From the NCBI GenBank assembly GCA_043816185.1, contig JBDRIG010000035.1:1-10121 (forward strand): DNA of 10,121 bases. The letters run 5' to 3'. Under the pieces are notes generated by a model. It saw nothing but the letters and a program-made list of their open reading frames with translations, ran no database searches and had not been told where the DNA came from. This stretch comes from Elusimicrobiota bacterium. GTDB lineage: Bacteria; Elusimicrobiota; UBA8919. How positions within the stretch are numbered: position 1 is the first letter of the stretch; each line of letters opens with the position of its first letter. Of the stretch, positions 1 through 7,643 are shown piece after piece. The position numbers and the translations under genes are program-made.

Positions 1-115
1 ATTTACAAATTTATATTCGTTTATCTCCACCCGTTTAGCGGGAAGGAAGCGTGTCAAAAGATGCTGATTTTTGACAAAGGGGATGCTATTTTCTACTTGA
101 CATGCTTTTCCATAG

Positions 116-146
116 ATGACCAAAAGTAGAGTTATGACACAGTCTC
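116..146. mobile_element. Orphan right end of the same MITE family as 9631-9889
   Basis: atgaccaaaagtagagttatgacacagtct (116-145) matches 9860-9889 at 27/30 nt. 136-148 is the exact reverse complement of 9629-9641. Confidence 0.7.
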
Positions 147-217
147 AACGACGACAACTTCCGCAGGGTAAATCCTGTGGCTATCAAAGTAACGACGACA
201 ACTTCCGCAAGATAAAT
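147..217. repeat. Direct repeat, 2 copies, 44-nt period
   Basis: aacgacgacaacttccgca is identical at 147-165 and 191-209, extending to 25/27 nt. Copy 1 runs into the hairpin ccgcagg-gtaaat-cctgtgg (161-180). Confidence 0.8.
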
Positions 218-254
218 TTACCGACCGCCAAAAAAAAAGGGGGAATTAGTAACT

Positions 255-2537
255 ATGAAAATGCTTATCGGCACAATCCTTGTTGTAATCGTTGCGACCA
301 ATTTTAGTTATACCCAACAGCAATTATCAACACTTTATGGTAGAGTGAATGATGAAGAAACTGGGAGGCCCCTTTCTAAAATAAACATTTCCGTCGCAAA
401 TACTGATTATTTAACGAACACTGATAAAAATGGTGAGTATCTATTAAAACTTCCACAAGGTGATTGTGAAATTATTTTCAATTCGACAAATTATCAGAAA
501 TTGGCGAAAAATATCAAATTGAAAAGAAGCCGAGAAAAATTAAATGTTTCCTTAACGAGTTTAATTATATATAAAGGCGAAGAAATAGTTGTTACCGCCG
601 AGAAACCAGCGTTCAAAAAACCGGAGACGAGCAAAAAAACAATTAAACATCAAGCAATCAAAGAAACTTCTGGTCCAAAAGAAGATGTGATGGATGTATT
701 TAAGACGCTTCCTGGGGTGTTTACCGGTGATGATTTTTCATCAGCATTTTCTGTTCGTGGCGGTGACCCGCGAGAAACCGGTGTATGGTTAGACAAGGTT
801 TATATCGTTGCACCATATCATTTGGACACACAGGGACCCGAATCGGGTTTTGTGTCTATTTTTAGCAATGAAATGATTGAGAATGCAACACTTCTTTCAG
901 GTGGTTTTCAGGCAGAATATGGTTATACGATGTCTGGTGTAGTTGATATAGAAAGTAAAGATGCCAAAAAACGACAGGGTAAAATAAGTTTATCGCTGAT
1001 TGATTCAAAGATATTTTACGAACTACCAATTGGTGATAAGTCAGGGTTGCTTTTTGCAGCACGAAGAAATTATCAGGACTGGTTATTGAAACTTATTGTG
1101 AAAGAAACAGAAAACGAGAAGTTCACTTTTCCGTCTTTTTATGATGTCCACTTTAAGTTTCATACACAGTTAACTCCCCAAGATAAACTTTCACTTTATG
1201 GAATAAATGCGGGAACTTATATGTATTTTGAACTCAAAGAGCAGGAATATGAAAAAGCCACCGGTGATAAATATGAATACTCAATGAAGTTTTCCTGGGA
1301 AACAAGAAGCAATGTGATTTTTGGCACATGGGAACATAAATTCAACGAACAGATGTTGTCTGTATCTTCATTATCTTTTGAAAATAAATACTATAAAGAT
1401 GCTTTTGAACAGAAAAGCACATATTCTCCAGATAACTCTGATTTTGGGGAAGATGTGAATTTTTGGGTCTATGAATTTAGAAATGAATTTTGCTGGAAAG
1501 CGATAACTGATCATCAAATAAAAATGGGCATGCTTTATGCTCCTTTCCAATTTGATGTGAACGCGAAAGTACCAACATTTGTTTTTAATGGTGAAGAAAT
1601 GTATGGAGAGCCACGGGAATATACAGAAACACAGTATAAAGAACAACCATATGTCCTACAAGGTTTTATTCAGGATAACTGGGAAATACTTGATCGTTTA
1701 ACAGCAAATTTTGGGGTCAGATATAATTATTTTAAGTTAAATAAAAACGGGAATATATCCCCGAGAGTTTCTGTTGCTTACGGTATTACTCCGAAAACCA
1801 CTCTGCGAACTTCCTGGGGATATTATTATCAGGATCCAGATACAACTGATTTTTTACCAGAATGGGGCGGCAACAAAAATCTGAAATCACAGTTGTGCAA
1901 GCATTATATCGTCGGAGTTGAAAGGGAACTGCCTGAAAATTTCAATCTTAAAATAGAAGGATATTACAAGGACTATGATAAACTTATTTCAATCGATGCT
2001 CTAACTGCCAAAAAAGTTAATGGAGGCGATGGATTTTCTAAAGGCGTAGAATTATTTCTTGAGAAAAAACTCTATCGTAAACTCTACGGGTGGCTTTCTT
2101 ACACATATTCTGAAAGCAAGAAAAAGGATTATAAAGATACTAAAGAATACTGGTTTGATTATGACCAGCGACATTTAATCAGTTTAGTAGCAAATTATAA
2201 ATTTAATCCACGATGGAGTACTAATGCTACATGGAAATATGGTTCAGGAAGATCCTACACACCTTATATTGGTGGGACTATGAACGCATATGACGAGTGG
2301 TCACCAGTACTGGGTGAAAAAAATTCTGCTCATTATCCAGCGTATCACCGTCTTGACTTGCGTATTACAAAAAATTGTATTTACAGAACATGGACATTAA
2401 GTTATTATCTGGAAATGTTGAATTTATATGATCGTAAAAATGTAGCTAACTATTATTTTGATGGAGTGAACGGCGAGACAGTGACTGAATATCAACTGCC
2501 GTTTGTTCCATTATTGGGAATGGAAGCAAGGTTTTAA
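255..2537 (+). CDS. TonB-dependent outer-membrane receptor with N-terminal carboxypeptidase-regulatory-like (beta-sandwich) extension
   Basis: 760 aa. Hydrophobic signal-like N-terminus (MKMLIGTILVVIVA). Extension motif 'LYGRVNDEETGRPL...TNTDKNGEYLL'. TonB-box-like EEIVVTA. Plug motifs 'LPGV...FSVRGG..RE' and 'GGFQAEYG..MSGVVDI'. Barrel motifs 'SPRVSVAY' and 'YHRLDLRI'. C-terminal Phe (GMEARF). Purine-rich RBS AAGGGGGA at 237-244. Confidence 0.93.
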   Translation: MKMLIGTILVVIVATNFSYTQQQLSTLYGRVNDEETGRPLSKINISVANTDYLTNTDKNGEYLLKLPQGDCEIIFNSTNYQKLAKNIKLKRSREKLNVSLTSLIIYKGEEIVVTAEKPAFKKPETSKKTIKHQAIKETSGPKEDVMDVFKTLPGVFTGDDFSSAFSVRGGDPRETGVWLDKVYIVAPYHLDTQGPESGFVSIFSNEMIENATLLSGGFQAEYGYTMSGVVDIESKDAKKRQGKISLSLIDSKIFYELPIGDKSGLLFAARRNYQDWLLKLIVKETENEKFTFPSFYDVHFKFHTQLTPQDKLSLYGINAGTYMYFELKEQEYEKATGDKYEYSMKFSWETRSNVIFGTWEHKFNEQMLSVSSLSFENKYYKDAFEQKSTYSPDNSDFGEDVNFWVYEFRNEFCWKAITDHQIKMGMLYAPFQFDVNAKVPTFVFNGEEMYGEPREYTETQYKEQPYVLQGFIQDNWEILDRLTANFGVRYNYFKLNKNGNISPRVSVAYGITPKTTLRTSWGYYYQDPDTTDFLPEWGGNKNLKSQLCKHYIVGVERELPENFNLKIEGYYKDYDKLISIDALTAKKVNGGDGFSKGVELFLEKKLYRKLYGWLSYTYSESKKKDYKDTKEYWFDYDQRHLISLVANYKFNPRWSTNATWKYGSGRSYTPYIGGTMNAYDEWSPVLGEKNSAHYPAYHRLDLRITKNCIYRTWTLSYYLEMLNLYDRKNVANYYFDGVNGETVTEYQLPFVPLLGMEARF

Positions 2538-2577
2538 TATAAACGCAAGAGACAAAAAAGCCAAATTGTAAATGCTA

Positions 2578-2606
2578 TTGACAATTTGTCCGAAGTTTTC
2601 TATAAT
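2578..2606 (+). promoter_or_regulatory. Consensus sigma70-type promoter TTGACA-N17-TATAAT driving the ATPase gene
   Basis: TTGACA at 2578-2583, exactly 17 nt spacer, TATAAT at 2601-2606, then 7 nt before the ATG at 2614. Confidence 0.85.
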
Positions 2607-2613
2607 ACCAACT

Positions 2614-3777
2614 ATGATTAAAAGAGAATTATCTAATAAGTTAAAAAGTTTGTTTTCAAAATTTCCGGTTGTTTCTGTCATCGGTCCTCGCCAGTCAGGT
2701 AAAACTACTCTTGTAAAAAACGTATTCAACAATATGGATTATGTGTCTCTCGAGGATTTAGATACCAGAGAGTTTGCCTCAAAAGATCCAAGAGGTTTTT
2801 TGTCCACCCACAGCAAAGGTGTTATTATTGATGAAATTCAAAGAGTTCCAGAACTATTTTCGTATATTCAGACGATAGTTGACAACAAAAATAAAGCGGG
2901 GCTTTTTGTATTGACTGGTTCACAAAACATTCTACTTCAGGAAAATATATCCCAGACATTGGCTGGTCGTGTTGCGATATTAAAATTGTTGCCTTTTAGC
3001 ATTAAAGAATTACAGCAATCATCGTATAAACTAAAAGAATCCGAAGAATATATCTTAAAAGGATTTTATCCCAGAATCTACGATAAAAAAATTGATCCTG
3101 TTGATTGGTATCCGAATTATATCCAAACCTACATTGAAAGAGATGTGAGGTTAATAAAGAACATAACTGATTTGGGTGCATTTCAGAAATTTGTAAAAAT
3201 GTGCGCAGGTAGAATCGGACAGATTCTTAATTTATCATCGCTCGGTAATGATTGCGGAATTACACACAATACAGCAAGAGCATGGATTTCTATTTTAGAA
3301 TCAAGTTACATTATTTTTTTGTTAAAACCGTTTTATAAAAATTTTAATAAGCGGATTATAAAAATGCCGAAATTGTATTTTTACGATACAGGACTTGCCT
3401 GCTCGCTTTTAGGTATTCAAAACAAAAGCCAACTTTTAGGACATTACTTAAAAGGAAGTTTATTTGAGACATTTGTTATTTCCGAGATAATCAAGAAAAA
3501 ACTGAATAAAGGTCAACAGCCGGATTGCTATTACTGGCGTGACAAAACAGGCAATGAGGTTGATTGTATAGTAGAGTTAGCAGATTCGTTATTGCAGATA
3601 GAAATAAAATCTGGTAAAACAATTGCCGACGATTATTTTGACGGGTTAAGATATTGGGCTAAGTTAGTCGGTAAAAAAAGTGGTAATTCATATTTGATAT
3701 ACAACGGTGATGAAAATCAAAACCGAACTTTTTGCAAAGTAATTAATTGGAAAAATATCAACTCCATTGGATTGTAG
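2614..3777 (+). CDS. ATP-binding protein, AAA_14 + DUF4143 family (P-loop ATPase with C-terminal PD-(D/E)xK-like motif)
   Basis: Walker A GPRQSGKT, Walker B VIIDEIQ, 'LTGSQ', 'SQTLAGR', 'YIQTYIERDV', 'MPKLYFYDTGL' and 'YYWRDKTGNEVD...IEIKS'. Start moved from the track's 2572 to 2614 (MIKREL...; 387 aa) because the promoter lies at 2578-2606 and the family typically begins MIxR. Confidence 0.92.
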   Translation: MIKRELSNKLKSLFSKFPVVSVIGPRQSGKTTLVKNVFNNMDYVSLEDLDTREFASKDPRGFLSTHSKGVIIDEIQRVPELFSYIQTIVDNKNKAGLFVLTGSQNILLQENISQTLAGRVAILKLLPFSIKELQQSSYKLKESEEYILKGFYPRIYDKKIDPVDWYPNYIQTYIERDVRLIKNITDLGAFQKFVKMCAGRIGQILNLSSLGNDCGITHNTARAWISILESSYIIFLLKPFYKNFNKRIIKMPKLYFYDTGLACSLLGIQNKSQLLGHYLKGSLFETFVISEIIKKKLNKGQQPDCYYWRDKTGNEVDCIVELADSLLQIEIKSGKTIADDYFDGLRYWAKLVGKKSGNSYLIYNGDENQNRTFCKVINWKNINSIGL

Positions 3778-3803
3778 GAATATCAGAGGGGAAAATAAAA
3801 AAT

Positions 3804-4445
3804 ATGATGTATGCGATGTGGGACTGGTTAGTTAAGGGTGGGCCGGTAATGATTCCAATTGTTGGATTTTCAATTGTAGTGTGTGCACTCATCGTTGAAC
3901 GATTTGTCTATTTTCATAAAATTCAGCATAATACGGAAGAGTTTATAGAAAAAATTACAGAATTGTTAGAACAAGGAAAAATAAATGAAGCACAGCAACT
4001 CTGTGAATCAGTGTCAAGTCCATTAGCAAGAATTTTAAATACAGGAATTTTTACTTTACAAAAAAATCCACAATTGATAAGAGAGCGAATTCACGAAGTG
4101 GTATTGGACGAAATGCCAAAATTAGAAAAATATCTTTCTTTAATTTCTACTATTGCTACTATCGAGCCAATGCTTGGATTGTTAGGAACTGTCACTGGCA
4201 TGATTCGCTGTTTTACGGTGATTGCATTAAAAGGTACTGGCGACCCGCAATCATTAGCAGGTGGTATTTCAGAGGCACTGATTACCACTGAGGCAGGACT
4301 GATTGTTGCAATTCCAATTTTGTATCTGCATAATGTTCTTTCTGACAAAGTGGAACATATTGTTTCAAGTATGGAAAAAGGAACCGCAAGATTTATTGCA
4401 ATGACGGAAGACGGGAGACGGGAGACGGTGGGTGGTAGACGGTAG
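3804..4445 (+). CDS. exbB: MotA/TolQ/ExbB proton channel family protein
   Basis: 'GGPVMIPI' first TM helix, 'PMLGLLGTVTGMIRCF' and 'GISEALITTEAGLIVAIP' motifs. GAGGGG at 3786-3791 precedes ATG 3804 (3807 and 3816 are alternatives). The track's start at 3747 overlaps the upstream gene and is less likely. Confidence 0.93.
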   Translation: MMYAMWDWLVKGGPVMIPIVGFSIVVCALIVERFVYFHKIQHNTEEFIEKITELLEQGKINEAQQLCESVSSPLARILNTGIFTLQKNPQLIRERIHEVVLDEMPKLEKYLSLISTIATIEPMLGLLGTVTGMIRCFTVIALKGTGDPQSLAGGISEALITTEAGLIVAIPILYLHNVLSDKVEHIVSSMEKGTARFIAMTEDGRRETVGGRR

Positions 4446-4541
4446 ACGGTAGAGGGCAGAGGACGGTGGACATAGGACGGTGGACAGAACTAATCACTGA
4501 TCAATAGCCACTTGTTTCTTGTCACTTGGCACTTGTCGCTT
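4403..4541. repeat. Bipartite degenerate heptamer tandem array (GACGGDR-type units, then CTTGTCA-type units)
   Basis: gacggaa gacggga gacggga gacggtg ggtggta gacggta gacggta gagggca (4403-4458), a 3-nt slip, then gacggtg gacatag gacggtg gacagaa (4462-4489). These are followed by ctaatca ctgatca atagcca cttgttt cttgtca cttggca cttgtcg (4490-4538). Confidence 0.85.
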
Positions 4542-4614
4542 TGGTAGCCGAATCAACTCCAGTATTAATGCTGTGGTTGGTTTTACGACGCGCTACACTA
4601 ATGGAGGTGTGACC

Positions 4615-6849
4615 ATGCAAAGACAAACAAACCATATGAAACTTTTATCTGTGGTTATTTTAGGAATGCAGTTAGTTTGCGTTAGAACAGGATTTGCAGA
4701 AACTATCAGTGCGATTTTTGGTGTGATAACCGATGGCTATTCAGGAGAGTTGCTTACAGAAGTGAACCTCGTTGTAGTTGGAACAGATTTTTCAACAATT
4801 ACTGATAAAAGTGGAACTTATAGGTTTGAAAATCTTCCTGTTGGAAAATACGAAATAAAAATAAGCAAGGTAGGGTATAAACCTAAAATTTTACCCTTAA
4901 AAGTTCATTCAAATAAAAAGACAAAATTAAATGTTCAACTTGAAATGGGAACATTCTTTTTATCCGAGGTTGTTGTTTCAGCTCAACGGCTTGCAGAAAA
5001 AAGTTGCGTAAGTGACCATATAATTGCCGATAGAAAACAATTGTTGCTTAAAGAAGGACATATGCAGGATCCCATCCGTGTAATTTTAACGATGCCAGGT
5101 ATAACATCTACTGGCGATTTGTTTTCTCCGTCACAATTATATGTTCGTGGTGGTGAGCCGAACGAAAATTTGTTTATGGTTGATTGGGTAACACTCCACT
5201 GGCCTTGGTACTGGGGCGGAATGAAGTCAACATTAAATTCTGAAACAATAGAAAAAATAGAACTTCTTACCGGTGGCTTCCCTGTAAAATATGGAAATTG
5301 TTTATCCTCAGTGCTAAATGTTACAACGCGCGAAGGTAACAGAGAACGTTTTTGTGGTAATGTATCTCTTGGGTTTATAAATACACAAGCATTGTTTGAA
5401 GGGCCTCTTAGCAAGAAAAGTTCATTTCTCTTTGCAGCGAGAAGAACTTACTTTGACCTTGTGATGAGCAAGGAAAGCGAGGCGTTTCCAGTGACAAATT
5501 TTTACGATTTTAATCTTAAACTCGGGTACGATATTACGGAGAAACATAAAATATTTTTCTCGGGATTTTCAGGAAATGAAAAAATTGATTTTTACACTTC
5601 TAATCCAGATCCTGGGGTGCCGCAAAAAATTTACGATGAAGGTAAGTGGAATACACAAAGTGTTGAACTAAAAAGCCAGTTCGGTGAAAATGTTTATTCA
5701 GTATTTGCCTTAACTCGTGAGAACCTAAATTTTCATGTTGAAGTTGGAAAAACTGAAAAAATGGATATAGATACTTGCGATTACAGAATAATTGAAGATT
5801 TAACCTTGAAAGTACATCCAAACCATGAATTGAAAACAGGATTTAAAATCACAGATGTCAACTTTGATTTTGAAGGAAAATATCCTCATCCTGAAAATCC
5901 AAATGTAGACCCGAATGATGCAACCGTAAAGTTACTATCAGTGTTAGCAAAATTAAAAACCAACTCCGCAGGTACATATTTCCAGGATTCATGGACATTA
6001 ACTCAAAAACTTTCTTTAACTGGCGGTATGAGAAGTGATTACTTGGAGTATAACAAAAAATCTGATATCTCACCAAGGTTGGCATTGAAATATGATTTGA
6101 ATGATGAGACATCGTTGCGTGCTGCTTGTGGAAATTATACACAGACACCCGAACTTGAAGAATTGTCAAAGAACTCAACACTTGATTCTAAAAAAGCGGT
6201 ACATTACATTTGCGGTATTTCAAGAAAATTTAGTAAGAACTTGCGTAGTTGGAGCGAGGTTTATTATAAAGATTACAGAGATTTAATTACTGTTGATACA
6301 CTTGGAAACTATTCTAACAGTGGCAAAGGTTATGCTCGGGGAATTGAGTTTTTTTTGGAAAAGAAGGTTGGGGATATTGCTGGATGGATAAGTTATTCAT
6401 TTAGTGAATCCAAACGACTGGATTCAGCAGAAAAAAAAGAATATCTTTCTAACTTTGACCAGCCACACTTATTATCAATAATGTTTGACTGTAATTTGGT
6501 AAAAAATATTATAGCCAACCTACATTTCAGGGTTGCCAGTGGAAGGCCATATACCTCCATTATTACTGCACAGAAAAACTCTACTACTGGTGTGTGGGAA
6601 CCTATTTGGGATGAAAAAAACTCAGCCCGGTACGAGCCGTTCCACCAACTGAATTTAAGAATTGTACGCAAATTTAAAATAGGTAAATTAAATGCAGAGT
6701 CGTATTTTGAAGTATGGAATCTGTATAGCCAAAAAAATATTATGGGGTATATTTACCAGTATGGCGATACTTACGAAAACAATGTAAAGGGAATACCATA
6801 TTATTCAATGCCATTTATGCCTGGTGGCGGATTCAAAATAGAATTTTAA
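4615..6849 (+). CDS. TonB-dependent outer-membrane receptor (paralog of 255-2537) with N-terminal carboxypeptidase-regulatory-like extension
   Basis: RBS GGAGGT at 4603-4608, 6 nt before ATG 4615 (744 aa). Signal peptide ending ...TGFA. Motifs 'GVITDGYSGELL...TDKSGTYRFENLPVGKY', SEVVVSA, 'LYVRGGEPNEN', 'GGFPVKYGNCLSSVL', 'SPRLALKY'. C-terminal Phe (GFKIEF). The track's TTG start at 4519 lies in repeat DNA. Confidence 0.93.
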   Translation: MQRQTNHMKLLSVVILGMQLVCVRTGFAETISAIFGVITDGYSGELLTEVNLVVVGTDFSTITDKSGTYRFENLPVGKYEIKISKVGYKPKILPLKVHSNKKTKLNVQLEMGTFFLSEVVVSAQRLAEKSCVSDHIIADRKQLLLKEGHMQDPIRVILTMPGITSTGDLFSPSQLYVRGGEPNENLFMVDWVTLHWPWYWGGMKSTLNSETIEKIELLTGGFPVKYGNCLSSVLNVTTREGNRERFCGNVSLGFINTQALFEGPLSKKSSFLFAARRTYFDLVMSKESEAFPVTNFYDFNLKLGYDITEKHKIFFSGFSGNEKIDFYTSNPDPGVPQKIYDEGKWNTQSVELKSQFGENVYSVFALTRENLNFHVEVGKTEKMDIDTCDYRIIEDLTLKVHPNHELKTGFKITDVNFDFEGKYPHPENPNVDPNDATVKLLSVLAKLKTNSAGTYFQDSWTLTQKLSLTGGMRSDYLEYNKKSDISPRLALKYDLNDETSLRAACGNYTQTPELEELSKNSTLDSKKAVHYICGISRKFSKNLRSWSEVYYKDYRDLITVDTLGNYSNSGKGYARGIEFFLEKKVGDIAGWISYSFSESKRLDSAEKKEYLSNFDQPHLLSIMFDCNLVKNIIANLHFRVASGRPYTSIITAQKNSTTGVWEPIWDEKNSARYEPFHQLNLRIVRKFKIGKLNAESYFEVWNLYSQKNIMGYIYQYGDTYENNVKGIPYYSMPFMPGGGFKIEF

Positions 6850-6850
6850 G

Positions 6851-7172
6851 GTCCCCTACAACAGCAGAACGAAAAATTGTTTATTGTATCGGAAACCGAT
6901 TATGATGTTCGTAGTGCGAACCCCTAAAGGGTGCGGCTACCAACCACTGATGTCATTCCCGAATGGTTCCATCGGGAATCCATGTCTCTCGGAGTGATGC
7001 GAACCCGTAAAGGGTTCGGCTACTATGAACGAGCATAAATGCTCTACTCCAGGAGCGGAGCGTTTGATCCTGCTGTTGTTTTGGTAGCGTCCGACTTCAG
7101 TCGGACGAAGAAATCGTATTCAATCGTCCCGATGTTACATCTGGACGCTACGAACAGCATAAAGTAGTGCGA
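6851..7172. repeat. Mosaic cluster of GTAG-type REP-like hairpins (BIME/REPIN-like) plus a GTCATTCCCG...CGGGAATCC palindrome
   Basis: Two 26-nt direct copies tgcgaacccStaaagggtKcggctac (6915-6940, 6998-7023; 24/26 identical). Stem attcccga/tcgggaat (6955-6962/6972-6979). gagcat-aa-atgctc-tact (7031-7048). Inverted pair GTAG-cgtccgact-tc-agtcggacg (7084-7107) and cgtcccgatg-tta-catctggacg-CTAC (7125-7151). gtagtgcga at 6911 and 7164. Confidence 0.8.
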
Positions 7173-7202
7173 GGAAGCACCAGTTAATATACAAGTCGCT
7201 AT

Positions 7203-7643
7203 ATGTCCAATTTTATGATAACCAATGAATCTTACAAAATAGAACGAAAAAAACGCAAAAAGCCCGAAATCAATATGGCACCAATGATTGACATGGTGTT
7301 TCAACTGATAATATTTTTTATGGTTACCACAAGTTTAGCACAACAGACAGGAATACAAATTGAAAAACCAAAAGCAGTAAGTTCACAATTGCTCCCTCGT
7401 AAAAACATCGTAATTACTATATCCAAAGAAGGTGAAATTTGTTTAGAAGATAAAAAACTTTCTTGGGAAGAGTTTAAGAAAAACTTAAAAGTGAAAATAG
7501 AATCGTCGCCAGAATCAATGGTAGTTATCGCTACTGACCTGGATTCAAAAGTTGGTATAGTGGTAAATGTAATGGACGAAGCAAAAAGATTTGGCGCACA
7601 ACGACTTTCCATTGCTACCGAATACGAAAAATGGGAAGAATAA
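7203..7643 (+). CDS. exbD: Biopolymer transport protein ExbD/TolR
   Basis: 'EINMAPMIDMVFQLIIFFMVTT' TM segment with the conserved Asp, 'ITISKEGEI', and 'VVNVMDEAKRFGAQRLSIAT'. Start could also be ATG 7215. Confidence 0.94.
   Translation: MSNFMITNESYKIERKKRKKPEINMAPMIDMVFQLIIFFMVTTSLAQQTGIQIEKPKAVSSQLLPRKNIVITISKEGEICLEDKKLSWEEFKKNLKVKIESSPESMVVIATDLDSKVGIVVNVMDEAKRFGAQRLSIATEYEKWEE

Noticed and set aside
25..115. Cobalamin riboswitch upstream of the TonB receptor (CCAC...GGGAAGG resemblance)
   Set aside because: The other conserved elements (GGGAA..GGTG.AA.TCC, CCCGCAACTGT, AGCCAG.A.ACCTGCC B12 box) are not visible.
71..132. TTGACA hexamers at 71-76 and 97-102 as promoters
   Set aside because: There is no credible -10 box at 16-18 nt spacing, and both lie in inverted-repeat arms.
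147..217. Possible mini-CRISPR (19-27 nt repeat, 44-nt period)
   Set aside because: Only two copies, the period is too short for a repeat plus spacer, and no cas genes are present.
230..243. A9G5 homopolymer run as a phase-variation switch
   Set aside because: It is non-coding, adjoins the RBS, and A-runs are common in this AT-rich sequence; there is no evidence of length variation.
116..307. 63-aa + strand ORF
   Set aside because: It is made of a MITE end and a direct repeat, has no RBS, and overlaps the TBDR-1 start.
4519..4614. N-terminal extension of TBDR-2 from the TTG start
   Set aside because: It lies in repeat DNA; the strong RBS and signal peptide support ATG 4615.
6915..7023. Possible CRISPR repeat pair (26-nt palindromic repeat x2)
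   Set aside because: Only two copies, the 57-nt spacer is itself a palindromic repeat, and the GTAG-hairpin layout fits REP elements better.
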